DNA from: a virus
Direction: 5' to 3' (one strand)
Length of the DNA: 64,000 nucleotides
IMG/VR virus record: IMGVR_UViG_3300008113_000014
Coordinates: 32,001-96,000 of that record
Shown here: positions 39,769-48,388 of the stretch, in pieces
Layout of the letters: each line of letters begins with the position of its first letter
Numbering within the stretch: position 1 is the stretch's first letter
Translations under genes and position numbers: made by a program
Notes under the pieces: model-generated
What the model was told of the DNA's origin: nothing
Seen by the model: only the letters and a program-made list of their open reading frames with translations
The model's database searches: none

Positions 39769-39920
39769 TTTTAGATACTGGAACACTAATCGCAATCGTA
39801 ATTGCACTTGGCGGATCTTTAACAGTTATGTGTTTATTTTGGAAACAAAATATTGCACAACAAAAAGAAATTCGCAGATTACAAATTTTATTGCGAACTG
39901 AGCGACTAAAATAAAATAAA

Positions 39921-39950
39921 AGACCTGAGCATGTCTGTGCAAAACTGCTT
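39921..39950 (+). ncRNA. H-type pseudoknot motif, copy 1
   Basis: AGAC-CT-GAGCA-T-GTCT...AAAC-TGCTT. Confidence 0.7.
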
Positions 39951-40187
39951 GATCCTTTTAAATAAAAAAAGCTCGGGGGTTTTTCCACAGGCCTTTGTGG
40001 ATAACTTTACGTGGTTGTGATTTTTCTCACATTTGTTGAGCGTCTCATTATTTAAGACTACTCACTAGTAGGTTGATAAATTATGATTAACAGGATAGAC
40101 TTACATAGTAAGAAAAAATAAATAACCGAAATTTGTCAGACCCTAGTGGTAGGATAAATAAATAACAACAAAGAAAGAGGTTGGCAA

Positions 40188-40400
40188 ATGTCAGCAAATG
40201 TCTATTCAATAGAAAACCTACTTGTAGGAAAAACTTATCACTCACGCACTTTAACAGGCGAAATCATAGATGCAGAAAAGTCTGATGTCTTTTATGGCTC
40301 AGGCTTAGAAAGTTATCGTGTTCAGGTTCGCCCACACTATCCTTCAGTATTTAATCTAAAGGACACTTATCGTATTCTATCAGTAAAGGTTGGAGAATAA
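40188..40400 (+). CDS. Hypothetical protein
   Basis: GAGG RBS after the promoter. Confidence 0.65.
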   Translation: MSANVYSIENLLVGKTYHSRTLTGEIIDAEKSDVFYGSGLESYRVQVRPHYPSVFNLKDTYRILSVKVGE

Positions 40401-40404
40401 ATAA

Positions 40405-40596
40405 ATGGGAAACTTACTAGACTTTTTGGTTGATTGTGTTGATTGCCATGATGAGGGTGTCCTCTTTTTTGGTAATGGTGGCGAGGAATACGACTCAGAA
40501 TTTTGCGATTGCGCTAAAGGCGTGTCGCTTGAAAATGAATACTGTGCATGGTATGCTGAAAGTATCATGAACGAAAACTATAAGGAGAATAACTAA
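40405..40596 (+). CDS. Cys-rich hypothetical protein
   Basis: CVDC...CDC; GGAG RBS. Confidence 0.6.
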   Translation: MGNLLDFLVDCVDCHDEGVLFFGNGGEEYDSEFCDCAKGVSLENEYCAWYAESIMNENYKENN

Positions 40597-40814
40597 TGAA
40601 CGAATACCTATACTCAGTTACTTGTACCTATGACTCAGATACCTCCACCACTTGGGTAGGGCGTTATAGTGACGCTTTATCTGCCGTTGAAAGTTATCAA
40701 AAGTTTATTGACCATGGACTTGCTAAAGAATACTCAACAATTAACTTGTCTGAACCTTCAGGCAAGATGCACACAAAAACTTTCTACAAAACAGGATTGG
40801 TGGTAACACGATAA
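40596..40814 (+). CDS. Hypothetical protein
   Basis: AAGGAG RBS; coupled start. Confidence 0.65.
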   Translation: MNEYLYSVTCTYDSDTSTTWVGRYSDALSAVESYQKFIDHGLAKEYSTINLSEPSGKMHTKTFYKTGLVVTR

Positions 40815-41137
40815 TGGGACACAATACAGCGATTGACTTAGCAGAAAACATTGACATAAGCCTTGAACAGGCTATCGGTTATCACTTACAGGGTAATCAC
40901 TACCCACCCGTACCGCTAAGCATGGTTCAGCCTTGCATTGAGGCGTTAGACGCTGCACGAGAAATGGACGCCATGCGCCAGATTGAAATGCCTGAAGGCA
41001 TAACCTATAAGGGCAAAACTCATGCACCAGCATGGGCTATCATTGAACAACACCACTTGGACGCTTGGTTGCCACAAGATGAGGCAGACTATTGGGAAGA
41101 AGATGCAGGCTATGAATCAGGATTAGGTTTAGAATAA
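40814..41137 (+). CDS. Hypothetical protein (HL..NHYPPVP family)
   Basis: Coupled ORF. Confidence 0.7.
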   Translation: MGHNTAIDLAENIDISLEQAIGYHLQGNHYPPVPLSMVQPCIEALDAAREMDAMRQIEMPEGITYKGKTHAPAWAIIEQHHLDAWLPQDEADYWEEDAGYESGLGLE

Positions 41138-41211
41138 ATGAGTACTTTTTTTATTCCACACTCAAAGTATTGCGATTGCCCAGAGTGTTTAGACATGGAG
41201 GAACAGAATAA

Positions 41212-41445
41212 ATGAGTGCTACAATTATTGACATGGAACTTGTAAAAGCTGATTCTCTAACTGTTGATGCGTTAGAACTTGGCGATCTAATTGGTTATGG
41301 TGATGAGATTGTTGAAGTAACTTTTATTGAATGTGATTCAACGGGAGATAACTATGACATTCAAATTGTAAATGATTTTGGTGAAAAAGAAATTGTTCAG
41401 TTTGCATTTGATGAAGAAGTTGATTGGTACGTTTATTTAGATTGA
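41212..41445 (+). CDS. Acidic hypothetical protein
   Basis: GGAGG RBS. Confidence 0.65.
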   Translation: MSATIIDMELVKADSLTVDALELGDLIGYGDEIVEVTFIECDSTGDNYDIQIVNDFGEKEIVQFAFDEEVDWYVYLD

Positions 41446-41671
41446 AAAACGCCCGAGGGGGCCCTGTGAGATTCATCACATTTACGAGATTTGATATTTT
41501 TCCCCATATCTGGTAAAATTATTACATGAAGAAAAATGCTGAGGAATTAAGACGCCTAATGGAATTACGGCGATCTAATGCAGCCTCCGCTGTTCCAAAT
41601 AAAAAAAAGTATGATAGAAAAAAATGTCAGTCCCTTATGCTAAAATTAAAGAAAGAAAGCGAGTAGCCACC

Positions 41672-42394
41672 ATGTCAAAATTACTTAGAAGCAAAGATAG
41701 GAAAGTAGCAAATGCAGTTACACCAAATGGAAAACAAGCAAGTATCGCCAACACTTTCGGATTACCCGCAGGCAAGGCTTATTCATGTCCTGGAGCGACT
41801 AGCGTATGCGAGAGTGTTTGTTATGCTGGCAAGCTTGAAAAAGTATTCCCAACAGTAAAGAAAAACTTATTGCACAATTGGGAATTAGTTAAAGACGCAG
41901 ACCATGACACTATTGAAGCATTGCTTGAAGACATGATTAGTGAGTTTATTGCAGACTGCAAAAAGAAAGACGCACCCATGCTATTCCGTATCCACTGGGA
42001 CGGGGATTTCTTTAATGACACTTACACATTCGCATGGAAGCATGTCATTCTTAATCATCCTGAAATTCAATTCTGGGTTTATACAAGAGTTAAGTCTGCA
42101 GCGGTAATGCTTAAGGACATTGATAATCTATCTTTATACTATTCTACAGATAGTGAGAATAAGTCTATTGGCGTTACCCTGAAAAAAGATCATGGTATTC
42201 GTCTTGCATACCTTGCTAAGAATTTCTTAGTAGGACAAGCAGACATGAAAGAGATGATAGGCAAGGTAGGGGCTAAGTGTCCTGAGAATAAAAAGGCTAT
42301 CCCACTTATCTCAACAAATGGTTCGGCTTGCGTTTCTTGCTCATTGTGTGTATACTCAAAGAGTGACATAGTATTTTCATCAAGTAAAAAGTAA
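41672..42394 (+). CDS. Gp88-like Cys-rich (radical-SAM-like) protein
   Basis: FGLPAG..SCPGAT..C...CYA and FRIHWDGDF motifs; start after promoter/RBS. Confidence 0.7.
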   Translation: MSKLLRSKDRKVANAVTPNGKQASIANTFGLPAGKAYSCPGATSVCESVCYAGKLEKVFPTVKKNLLHNWELVKDADHDTIEALLEDMISEFIADCKKKDAPMLFRIHWDGDFFNDTYTFAWKHVILNHPEIQFWVYTRVKSAAVMLKDIDNLSLYYSTDSENKSIGVTLKKDHGIRLAYLAKNFLVGQADMKEMIGKVGAKCPENKKAIPLISTNGSACVSCSLCVYSKSDIVFSSSKK

Positions 42395-42582
42395 GGAGAT
42401 AAATGGAAAGCCTATTTATCCTATTAGTAATGGGGTTATTAGTGTTTATGATTTACCAATAAGTGACTTACATCACACCCGTAAGCGTCTCAAATAGTGA
42501 GAAATACAAGAAATGGAGTTGAAAAATGTCAGTAGGAAATGTTATACTTAATACATACAACAAACTAAAAAGGAGAAACAAC

Positions 42583-42747
42583 ATGACAGTAGCAAATACA
42601 TACAAGGTAGGCGACCTCTACACATCACAGAAGTCAAAGGTAACAGGAACAATTCTTGAAATCTCACCTACTGCAAAGGACACAGTTCGTGTTAAGTTAG
42701 ATGTTAATGGTAACACACGCTGGACAACATGGAAAGCGCAATCGTAA
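42583..42747 (+). CDS. Small SH3-like hypothetical protein
   Basis: AAGGAG RBS; YKVGDL...GTILEI. Confidence 0.65.
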   Translation: MTVANTYKVGDLYTSQKSKVTGTILEISPTAKDTVRVKLDVNGNTRWTTWKAQS

Positions 42748-42773
42748 TCTAACAAGCCAGTTAGATAGTAACT

Positions 42774-42803
42774 CAGACCTGAGCAAGTCTGCTAAAACTG
42801 CTC
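42774..42803 (+). ncRNA. H-type pseudoknot motif, copy 2
   Basis: CAGAC-CT-GAGCA-A-GTCTG...AAAC-TGCTC. Confidence 0.7.
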
Positions 42804-42866
42804 ACACAAAATGTCAGACCTAACCCCTATACTATAAATAAACCACCAAAGAAAAGAGAAAAACAC

Positions 42867-43289
42867 ATGGCACGACAAAAAGCAATCTCAGTAAAGATAG
42901 CAACACCAAAAGTAATCAAGGCACTAGAAACTGCACTAGCAAAGTTAGAAGCAGACTACGCATCACAAGAAGCAAACGAGGCTAAGTATGAAAAGACTCG
43001 TAAGGCTTGGCTAAAAGAAATGCAAGACTACGCTATTGCTAACATCAAGAAGGCAGAGAACTTTCGCACCAACTATCGTTCATGGTCAAATAATCTTAAC
43101 ATTGACTTTGACTTAACAGTTAGCGAAAAGGATTTGCCTAAAGAGCCTGAGAAGGACTTTGAGACAATTCATGTTCATAGTTATCGTGAGCAGAAAGAGG
43201 AAATCTCTAACGCAATTCGTATTCTAAAGATGACAGATGAGGAAACAGTTTCCACATCAACTTATCAAGCGGTTGCTCGTTATCTGTAA
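42867..43289 (+). CDS. Hypothetical protein
   Basis: 140-aa ORF after promoter 42812. Confidence 0.75.
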   Translation: MARQKAISVKIATPKVIKALETALAKLEADYASQEANEAKYEKTRKAWLKEMQDYAIANIKKAENFRTNYRSWSNNLNIDFDLTVSEKDLPKEPEKDFETIHVHSYREQKEEISNAIRILKMTDEETVSTSTYQAVARYL

Positions 43290-43325
43290 ATAATTTGGGG
43301 GGCAACTTAAAGTCCTAAACCCAAA

Positions 43326-43352
43326 CAACCTAAGCAAGTTGCAAAACTGCTT
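43326..43352 (+). ncRNA. H-type pseudoknot motif, copy 3
   Basis: CAAC-CT-AAGCA-A-GTTG-CAAAAC-TGCTT. Confidence 0.7.
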
Positions 43353-43389
43353 CACTAAAGTTACTGCCAGTGCTATAGCGAGGCAGACG

Positions 43390-43416
43390 TTCCTGAGCAT
43401 GAATTGAAAAGGCTCA
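43390..43416 (+). ncRNA. H-type pseudoknot motif, copy 4 (weaker)
   Basis: TTC-CT-GAGC-AT-GAA...AAAG-GCTC. Confidence 0.55.
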
Positions 43417-43559
43417 CTTTTTGCCCCCGAGCTCATGTGAATTTGATCACACCCTTTACGTACCACCATTTAAGATCCCTGGATTTACGATTGGCATTTG
43501 TCAGTCCAACCTGCTAGAATTATATTAATATCAGAACAACAGAAAGAAGGAAGCCCCCA

Positions 43560-44057
43560 ATGGGACTAGACATGTACCTAAGTGCTAGAAAGCATTTTGA
43601 AAAAATCAACTGGCAAACACTACAGGCTAATGATGAATTATCTTACAATTCACCTGAAGCCGTATATCCTAAGTTCAATGACCTAATGGCATTGACACAA
43701 CTCACAAATGTTGCAACAGATATTTATGGAGCAGAAGTAACAGTTACTTGTGCCTACTGGCGCAAGGCTAATCAGATACACGCTTGGTTCGTAAAGAATG
43801 TTCAACATGATGTTGATAACTGCGGAGACTACTATGTCTCACAAGATAAACTAATAGAATTGCTTGCACTATGTAAGCATGCCCTAGCAACAAAAGACCC
43901 TAGCCTATTCCCACCACAAGCAGGGTTTTTCTTTGGTGGTACAGATATTGATGAATGGTATTGGCGTGACCTTACTGATACTATTAGTCAATTAGAGCGT
44001 ATCTTTGCGCTACCAGAAATTGATAAGTTATCATTTTTTTATTCATCATCTTGGTAA
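43560..44057 (+). CDS. Conserved phage protein (MGLDMYL...YWRKANQIHAWF)
   Basis: Recognisable motif; RBS. Confidence 0.75.
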   Translation: MGLDMYLSARKHFEKINWQTLQANDELSYNSPEAVYPKFNDLMALTQLTNVATDIYGAEVTVTCAYWRKANQIHAWFVKNVQHDVDNCGDYYVSQDKLIELLALCKHALATKDPSLFPPQAGFFFGGTDIDEWYWRDLTDTISQLERIFALPEIDKLSFFYSSSW

Positions 44058-44121
44058 TTGACATTTGTCAGTGCCATACCCTATAATTAAACTAACCAAC
44101 AAACAGAAAGAGGTAGCCCTC

Positions 44122-44559
44122 ATGGACCAGCAACAAATTCCACCAGTAGTAAAAACAGATAATCACTACATGACACGAGAGTTTTTAGAAACTACTCTTG
44201 TACAAAACAAAACACGGATAGATGAATTAGAAAAGCATATCCAAGTCGTAACACAACGCTCATACGGCGAGGCTGCAGAGCGCAACCGTATGCGTACTGA
44301 AATGCAAGAGTGGACTTTTGAAGCAATTGAAGCAGGCACACTCAATGAGTCAGAAGGACAAGAAATTGCTGACATCTGTGGCTTTGAACTTACAAAAGAA
44401 TTTGAAGTTGAAGTTACAGTTATGTATTCAGTTACAGTGAATGCACGAAATGAAGAAGAAGCACAAAATGCAATTCACGATATTGATTTTGATACTGTAG
44501 ATTACAATTCAGATTCAATTCAATACCTATCATCTTCAATTGATAGAGTAGATATTTAG
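44122..44559 (+). CDS. Hypothetical protein
   Basis: GAAAGAGG RBS defines the start. Confidence 0.7.
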   Translation: MDQQQIPPVVKTDNHYMTREFLETTLVQNKTRIDELEKHIQVVTQRSYGEAAERNRMRTEMQEWTFEAIEAGTLNESEGQEIADICGFELTKEFEVEVTVMYSVTVNARNEEEAQNAIHDIDFDTVDYNSDSIQYLSSSIDRVDI

Positions 44560-44574
44560 TAGGGGGCTACTAAT

Positions 44575-44601
44575 GGACCTGAGCATGTCCTTAAACTGCT
44601 T
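44575..44601 (+). ncRNA. H-type pseudoknot motif, copy 5
   Basis: GGAC-CT-GAGCA-T-GTCC-TTAAAC-TGCTT. Confidence 0.7.
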
Positions 44602-44780
44602 TATTTTTATTTATGCCGTTGCATAAAAATGCAGCTCGGGGGCGTGACCAAGATCACACTGTGTTTTACGACACATTAAAAAAATGTCCATTTTTTCCCA
44701 TTTTCAACTATCCTGATTTGCATTTGTCAGACCCATTGTGTATAATTAAATTAACTACAAAAGAAAAGGAAAAATAACTC

Positions 44781-45797
44781 ATGGCACATGAACTAGAAAC
44801 ACAAAATGGCGTAGCAAGTTTTGCCTCATTTCGTGAACCTGCTTGGCATGGATTGGGTACTGTATTCACAGAGGAAAAAACCACAAAAGAAATGTTAGAT
44901 TTGGCTAATCTTTCTAATTGGAATGTTCGTCTTGAGGATTTGGAAACCCCTTCACATTTAACAAGCGACAAAAACTATCAGTATGTTTTGCGTACTAACC
45001 CTACAGATACAACACAGACAGACATTTTAGGTGTCGTTGGTGAGCGTTATCATGTTATGCAAAACGAGGATTTATTCTCATTTGGCGATAACATTTTAGA
45101 TGGTGGTGGTCGTTGGGAAACGGCTGGCTCAATCAAGGGTGGTCGTGTCGTATTTGGTGCGTTAGCACTAGAGCGTGAAACTATTCTTGACCCTAATGGT
45201 GTTGCAGATAAGGTAAAGACTTATTTGCTCATCAATACATCACATGACGGCTCAATCGCTATTCAAGCAAGCATAACACCTGTTCGTGTTGTGTGCGCTA
45301 ACACTCTTAATCTTGCGCTTAACACTACAAAAAAGAAAAATGGCGTTAAGCAATCTTTCAAGATACGCCATACACAAACTGCAAGCGGTAAGGTTGCCGT
45401 TGCTCGTGAAACTCTTGGGCTTGCTCATAAGTACATGGACTCTTTTGACCTCATGGCTAAGGCTATGATTGAAAAAGAAATCAATGCTACACAATTCAAT
45501 GACATCATTTTGGCTGCCTATCCAAAGCCTGAAAAGGACTCTAAGGGTGCTTTCAAGAAATGGGAAAACAAGGTAGATGTTATTAACGACATTTACACAG
45601 GCGAGTTTAACGGCATGATTGCTGGTAACGCTTGGGGTGCTTTCAATGCACTAACTGAACGCCTTGATTGGTATCGTTCTGCTCGTGGTGGTTCTAACGA
45701 ATCTATCCTTGCAAGCGCAAGCGGATTTGACCCTGCTATTAACGCAGAAAAAAATCGTTTGCTAAAAGTTGTGCAAAATGTTTTGCAAATTGCATAA
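44781..45797 (+). CDS. DUF932-family phage/plasmid protein
   Basis: PAWHGLG, ETAGSIKGG, SHDGS, PVRVVCANTL and AWGAFNALTE motifs. Confidence 0.85.
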   Translation: MAHELETQNGVASFASFREPAWHGLGTVFTEEKTTKEMLDLANLSNWNVRLEDLETPSHLTSDKNYQYVLRTNPTDTTQTDILGVVGERYHVMQNEDLFSFGDNILDGGGRWETAGSIKGGRVVFGALALERETILDPNGVADKVKTYLLINTSHDGSIAIQASITPVRVVCANTLNLALNTTKKKNGVKQSFKIRHTQTASGKVAVARETLGLAHKYMDSFDLMAKAMIEKEINATQFNDIILAAYPKPEKDSKGAFKKWENKVDVINDIYTGEFNGMIAGNAWGAFNALTERLDWYRSARGGSNESILASASGFDPAINAEKNRLLKVVQNVLQIA

Positions 45798-45804
45798 CTA
45801 AAAA

Positions 45805-45832
45805 AAATCCTGAGCAAGATTTAAAACTGCTC
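45805..45832 (+). ncRNA. H-type pseudoknot motif, copy 6
   Basis: AAATC-CT-GAGCA-A-GATTT-AAAAC-TGCTC; ends 4 nt before tRNA-Asp. Confidence 0.7.
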
Positions 45833-45836
45833 GCAA

Positions 45837-45910
45837 GGTTCCATAGATCAATTGGTTAGATCGCTACCCTGTCACGGTAGAGGCTACGGGTTCAAGTCCC
45901 GTTGGAATCG
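45837..45910 (+). tRNA. tRNA-Asp(GTC)
   Basis: Cloverleaf; CTACC-CTGTCAC-GGTAG anticodon arm, GGTTCAAGTCC T arm; no encoded CCA. Confidence 0.93.
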
Positions 45911-46057
45911 CAAGCTTAAGTGGGCCCCGAGGAAATTAGTACAAAACGGACATTTAAGAAACTATATAAATAATCTCAGAAAATTTAATTACGACAGACT
46001 TGCTTTTTTCCCAGTTTTTTGCTACAATTAATTTATGACTACCACAGGAGAAAAATA

Positions 46058-46270
46058 ATGGAACAATTCATAGATACACTAGCAGAGCACATTACAGGTG
46101 CTATCCAACAAGAAATAGCAGAAGAACTATTTGACCAATGGTCTTACAATAATTTAGAGGAAGGTGAGGACTATGCAGAAAACAAATTCATGCAATACGC
46201 CTCAGATGAATTAAAGCAACAGTATAACGAATACTATGGGTACATAGAGGGAGATGAATTCCTACTATGA
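46058..46270 (+). CDS. Acidic hypothetical protein
   Basis: AGGAG RBS. Confidence 0.65.
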   Translation: MEQFIDTLAEHITGAIQQEIAEELFDQWSYNNLEEGEDYAENKFMQYASDELKQQYNEYYGYIEGDEFLL

Positions 46271-47074
46271 TTACCTCTCAAGAACTAATTGATTATATGT
46301 ATGACGATAACCTAATACATTTTGACGACAGAGATACATCAGATGATTGTGATTGCCACATTCATATAACACTACAAACTATGATTAAATATATGGAGGC
46401 AATTGAATGCTAGGTTATACCATTGATGATTTAGATAAGATGAGCAATGCTGTACACAATGCATACAAGCATATCACTGACCCTGATGATAAAGAGGGTA
46501 TTTTAATGGCACAACAATTTCTCCAGGGCCTATGGGCAGAAGGGTACTTTGACTAATGACACTAGACGATGTATTAGATAAGATTGAGGCTATCATTGAT
46601 AGTACTCATTCTGTTGTATCCCCGCTAAAAATGGATCACTGCAAGTACTGTACCACTTGGCTTACTCTGACAGAGGAGTTAAACTAATGTGGACTAAATA
46701 TGATTATCTATGTACTGACTGTGATGCTCTTATTGAGGTCACTACCCTGCAAGATCTGAGACGAGATGTCTATGGCTCTTGTCCCTGTGGATCTAATAAG
46801 ACAATTAACATTGGGGTAGGAGATGCCTCTCGCCATGAAGAACCTGTGACGAACATCACACCTGTCAGACTTGTCAAAATCAACAGCAACCCCTATAATT
46901 GATATATGGACCTAAATACATTAAGAGAGTATATAAAAATTCACCTAATTTCATTGGAGCAAGATGTTGAGGACGCTAACAATGATATTCCTATTAGTGA
47001 TGATGAGCACTATGAAGCAGACCTTTATTACGAGGGAGCAATCGCTACCTGTGAACACCTATTGGAGTATATAA

Positions 47075-47350
47075 ATGGATAATCTAACATTAGAGCCGCA
47101 CCTACAACGTATGGTAGACGCAGGGGTATCAGGAACAGACATCCTGCACGGAGAGCTTAAGAACCTTATGCTAATGGCAGAGCAAGAACTAGCAGAGGCT
47201 AGCGAACGTGAGCAGGAAACAGAAGAGGCTATGGACTCTATGGTACGCACAGAAGCAGAAGGAAGACTAGACGCCTTAGTAGCAGTATATAATCTAACAT
47301 ATGCCTTGTCCTTTGCTATCTCTGACCGTATGAAGTTGACAAACCAATAG
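47075..47350 (+). CDS. Hypothetical protein
   Basis: GGAG RBS. Confidence 0.65.
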   Translation: MDNLTLEPHLQRMVDAGVSGTDILHGELKNLMLMAEQELAEASEREQETEEAMDSMVRTEAEGRLDALVAVYNLTYALSFAISDRMKLTNQ

Positions 47351-47396
47351 GGTTGCTGTAAAATTATATTAAACCACCAAATAGAAAGAGACCGCC

Positions 47397-48092
47397 ATGC
47401 CAAACTGGGTATATAACGGATTAACCATTGAGGGTAATCCTGATTCCGTAAAGAAGTTAATGGAGCAGATGAATACACCATTCGTTCGTGTCCATGATAA
47501 CTGGAGCACTGAGACACAGCAAATGCAAAAGCAACAGGTGACATATCCAAACCCTGTCTTTGCTTTCTGGAACATTGTTAAGCCTACTAATCTAGAGGCA
47601 TATGATGGTCCTCAACCAACCAACACAGACTTAGCACAAGCAATGCGATTTGAGTCAGACCATTGGTACGACTGGAATGTTCGTAACTGGGGTACCAAGT
47701 GGGATGTAGCCGTCTCATCTGTTGATACTCATCCTGATACATACATGGAAGATACTGTTAATGGTGAGAACCATGTCGTCTACTATAATTTTAATACCGC
47801 TTGGTCTCGCCCAATGCCTGCACTAATTAAACTATCTAATCAGTACCCTGACTTGCTATTTACTTTATCATATGAGGAAGAAACTGGCTGGGGTGGAGAG
47901 TTAGAACTCTTGCGTGGAGAAATTATCTCAGAATCAGAATATGACAACATGTGCCGTGAATGTGACGGTACATACGAAAACAGTGAACTTGTTGAATGTA
48001 GCGACTGCGGATACCATCTATGCCCACACTGTGGCTGGAGCAATGATATGTGTGAGACCCACCAAAAGACCTATGAGGAGAAGCATGCCTAA
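47397..48092 (+). CDS. Api92/DUF1281-like ferredoxin-fold protein
   Basis: MPNW.., WYDWNVRNWGTKWD and FNTAWSRP motifs. Confidence 0.75.
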   Translation: MPNWVYNGLTIEGNPDSVKKLMEQMNTPFVRVHDNWSTETQQMQKQQVTYPNPVFAFWNIVKPTNLEAYDGPQPTNTDLAQAMRFESDHWYDWNVRNWGTKWDVAVSSVDTHPDTYMEDTVNGENHVVYYNFNTAWSRPMPALIKLSNQYPDLLFTLSYEEETGWGGELELLRGEIISESEYDNMCRECDGTYENSELVECSDCGYHLCPHCGWSNDMCETHQKTYEEKHA

Positions 48093-48327
48093 GACTACTT
48101 ATCTTATTGAACTATGTGTTGATGAAAAATGGTATGAGGCCATTAGCACGCTAACCGCTGATGTATACGAGGATGAAGTATGCGAATGGGTCAGGGTACA
48201 GGCAGAGACTGAGACTGATGATCAAGACTGTGAGAACTGTGAAGAGAACCCTAAAGAGCACCCTGAAGGCAAGTGGTGTACCTCCTGCAGGGATGACTTT
48301 AAAGAGTCAGATGAGGACGACGAATGA
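48085..48327 (+). CDS. Hypothetical protein with CxxC pairs
   Basis: GAGGAG RBS before MPKTT. Confidence 0.55.
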   Translation: MPKTTYLIELCVDEKWYEAISTLTADVYEDEVCEWVRVQAETETDDQDCENCEENPKEHPEGKWCTSCRDDFKESDEDDE

Positions 48328-48388
48328 ACTGGACACAATTGACACTATTTGATATACTGGAAGAAACTACTACAAAAGGAGAAACACC

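Larger units (their letters stand above)
37204..44746 (+). promoter_or_regulatory. Ten TGTCAG-N10-TAnnnT (PafBC/RecA-NDp-type) promoters
   Basis: TGTCAG starts at 37204, 38191, 39094, 40134, 41625, 42527, 42812, 43499, 44066 and 44725, each exactly 10 nt before a -10 hexamer. Confidence 0.85.
36818..46860. promoter_or_regulatory. Array of CRP-type TGTGA-N6-TCACA boxes
   Basis: Perfect at 37045, 37154, 38136, 39050, 40016, 41465, 43436, 46845; one mismatch at 36818, 37138, 38920, 42462, 44643. Confidence 0.8.

Noticed and set aside
37203-44730. TTGTCA read as ordinary -35 elements
   Set aside because: Only 11 nt from the -10 hexamer; true -35-like hexamers, where present, lie further upstream.
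45805-45832. Pseudoknot as an HDV-like/theta or hammerhead ribozyme
   Set aside because: Too short, lacks their core motifs, and lies 5' rather than 3' of the tRNA.
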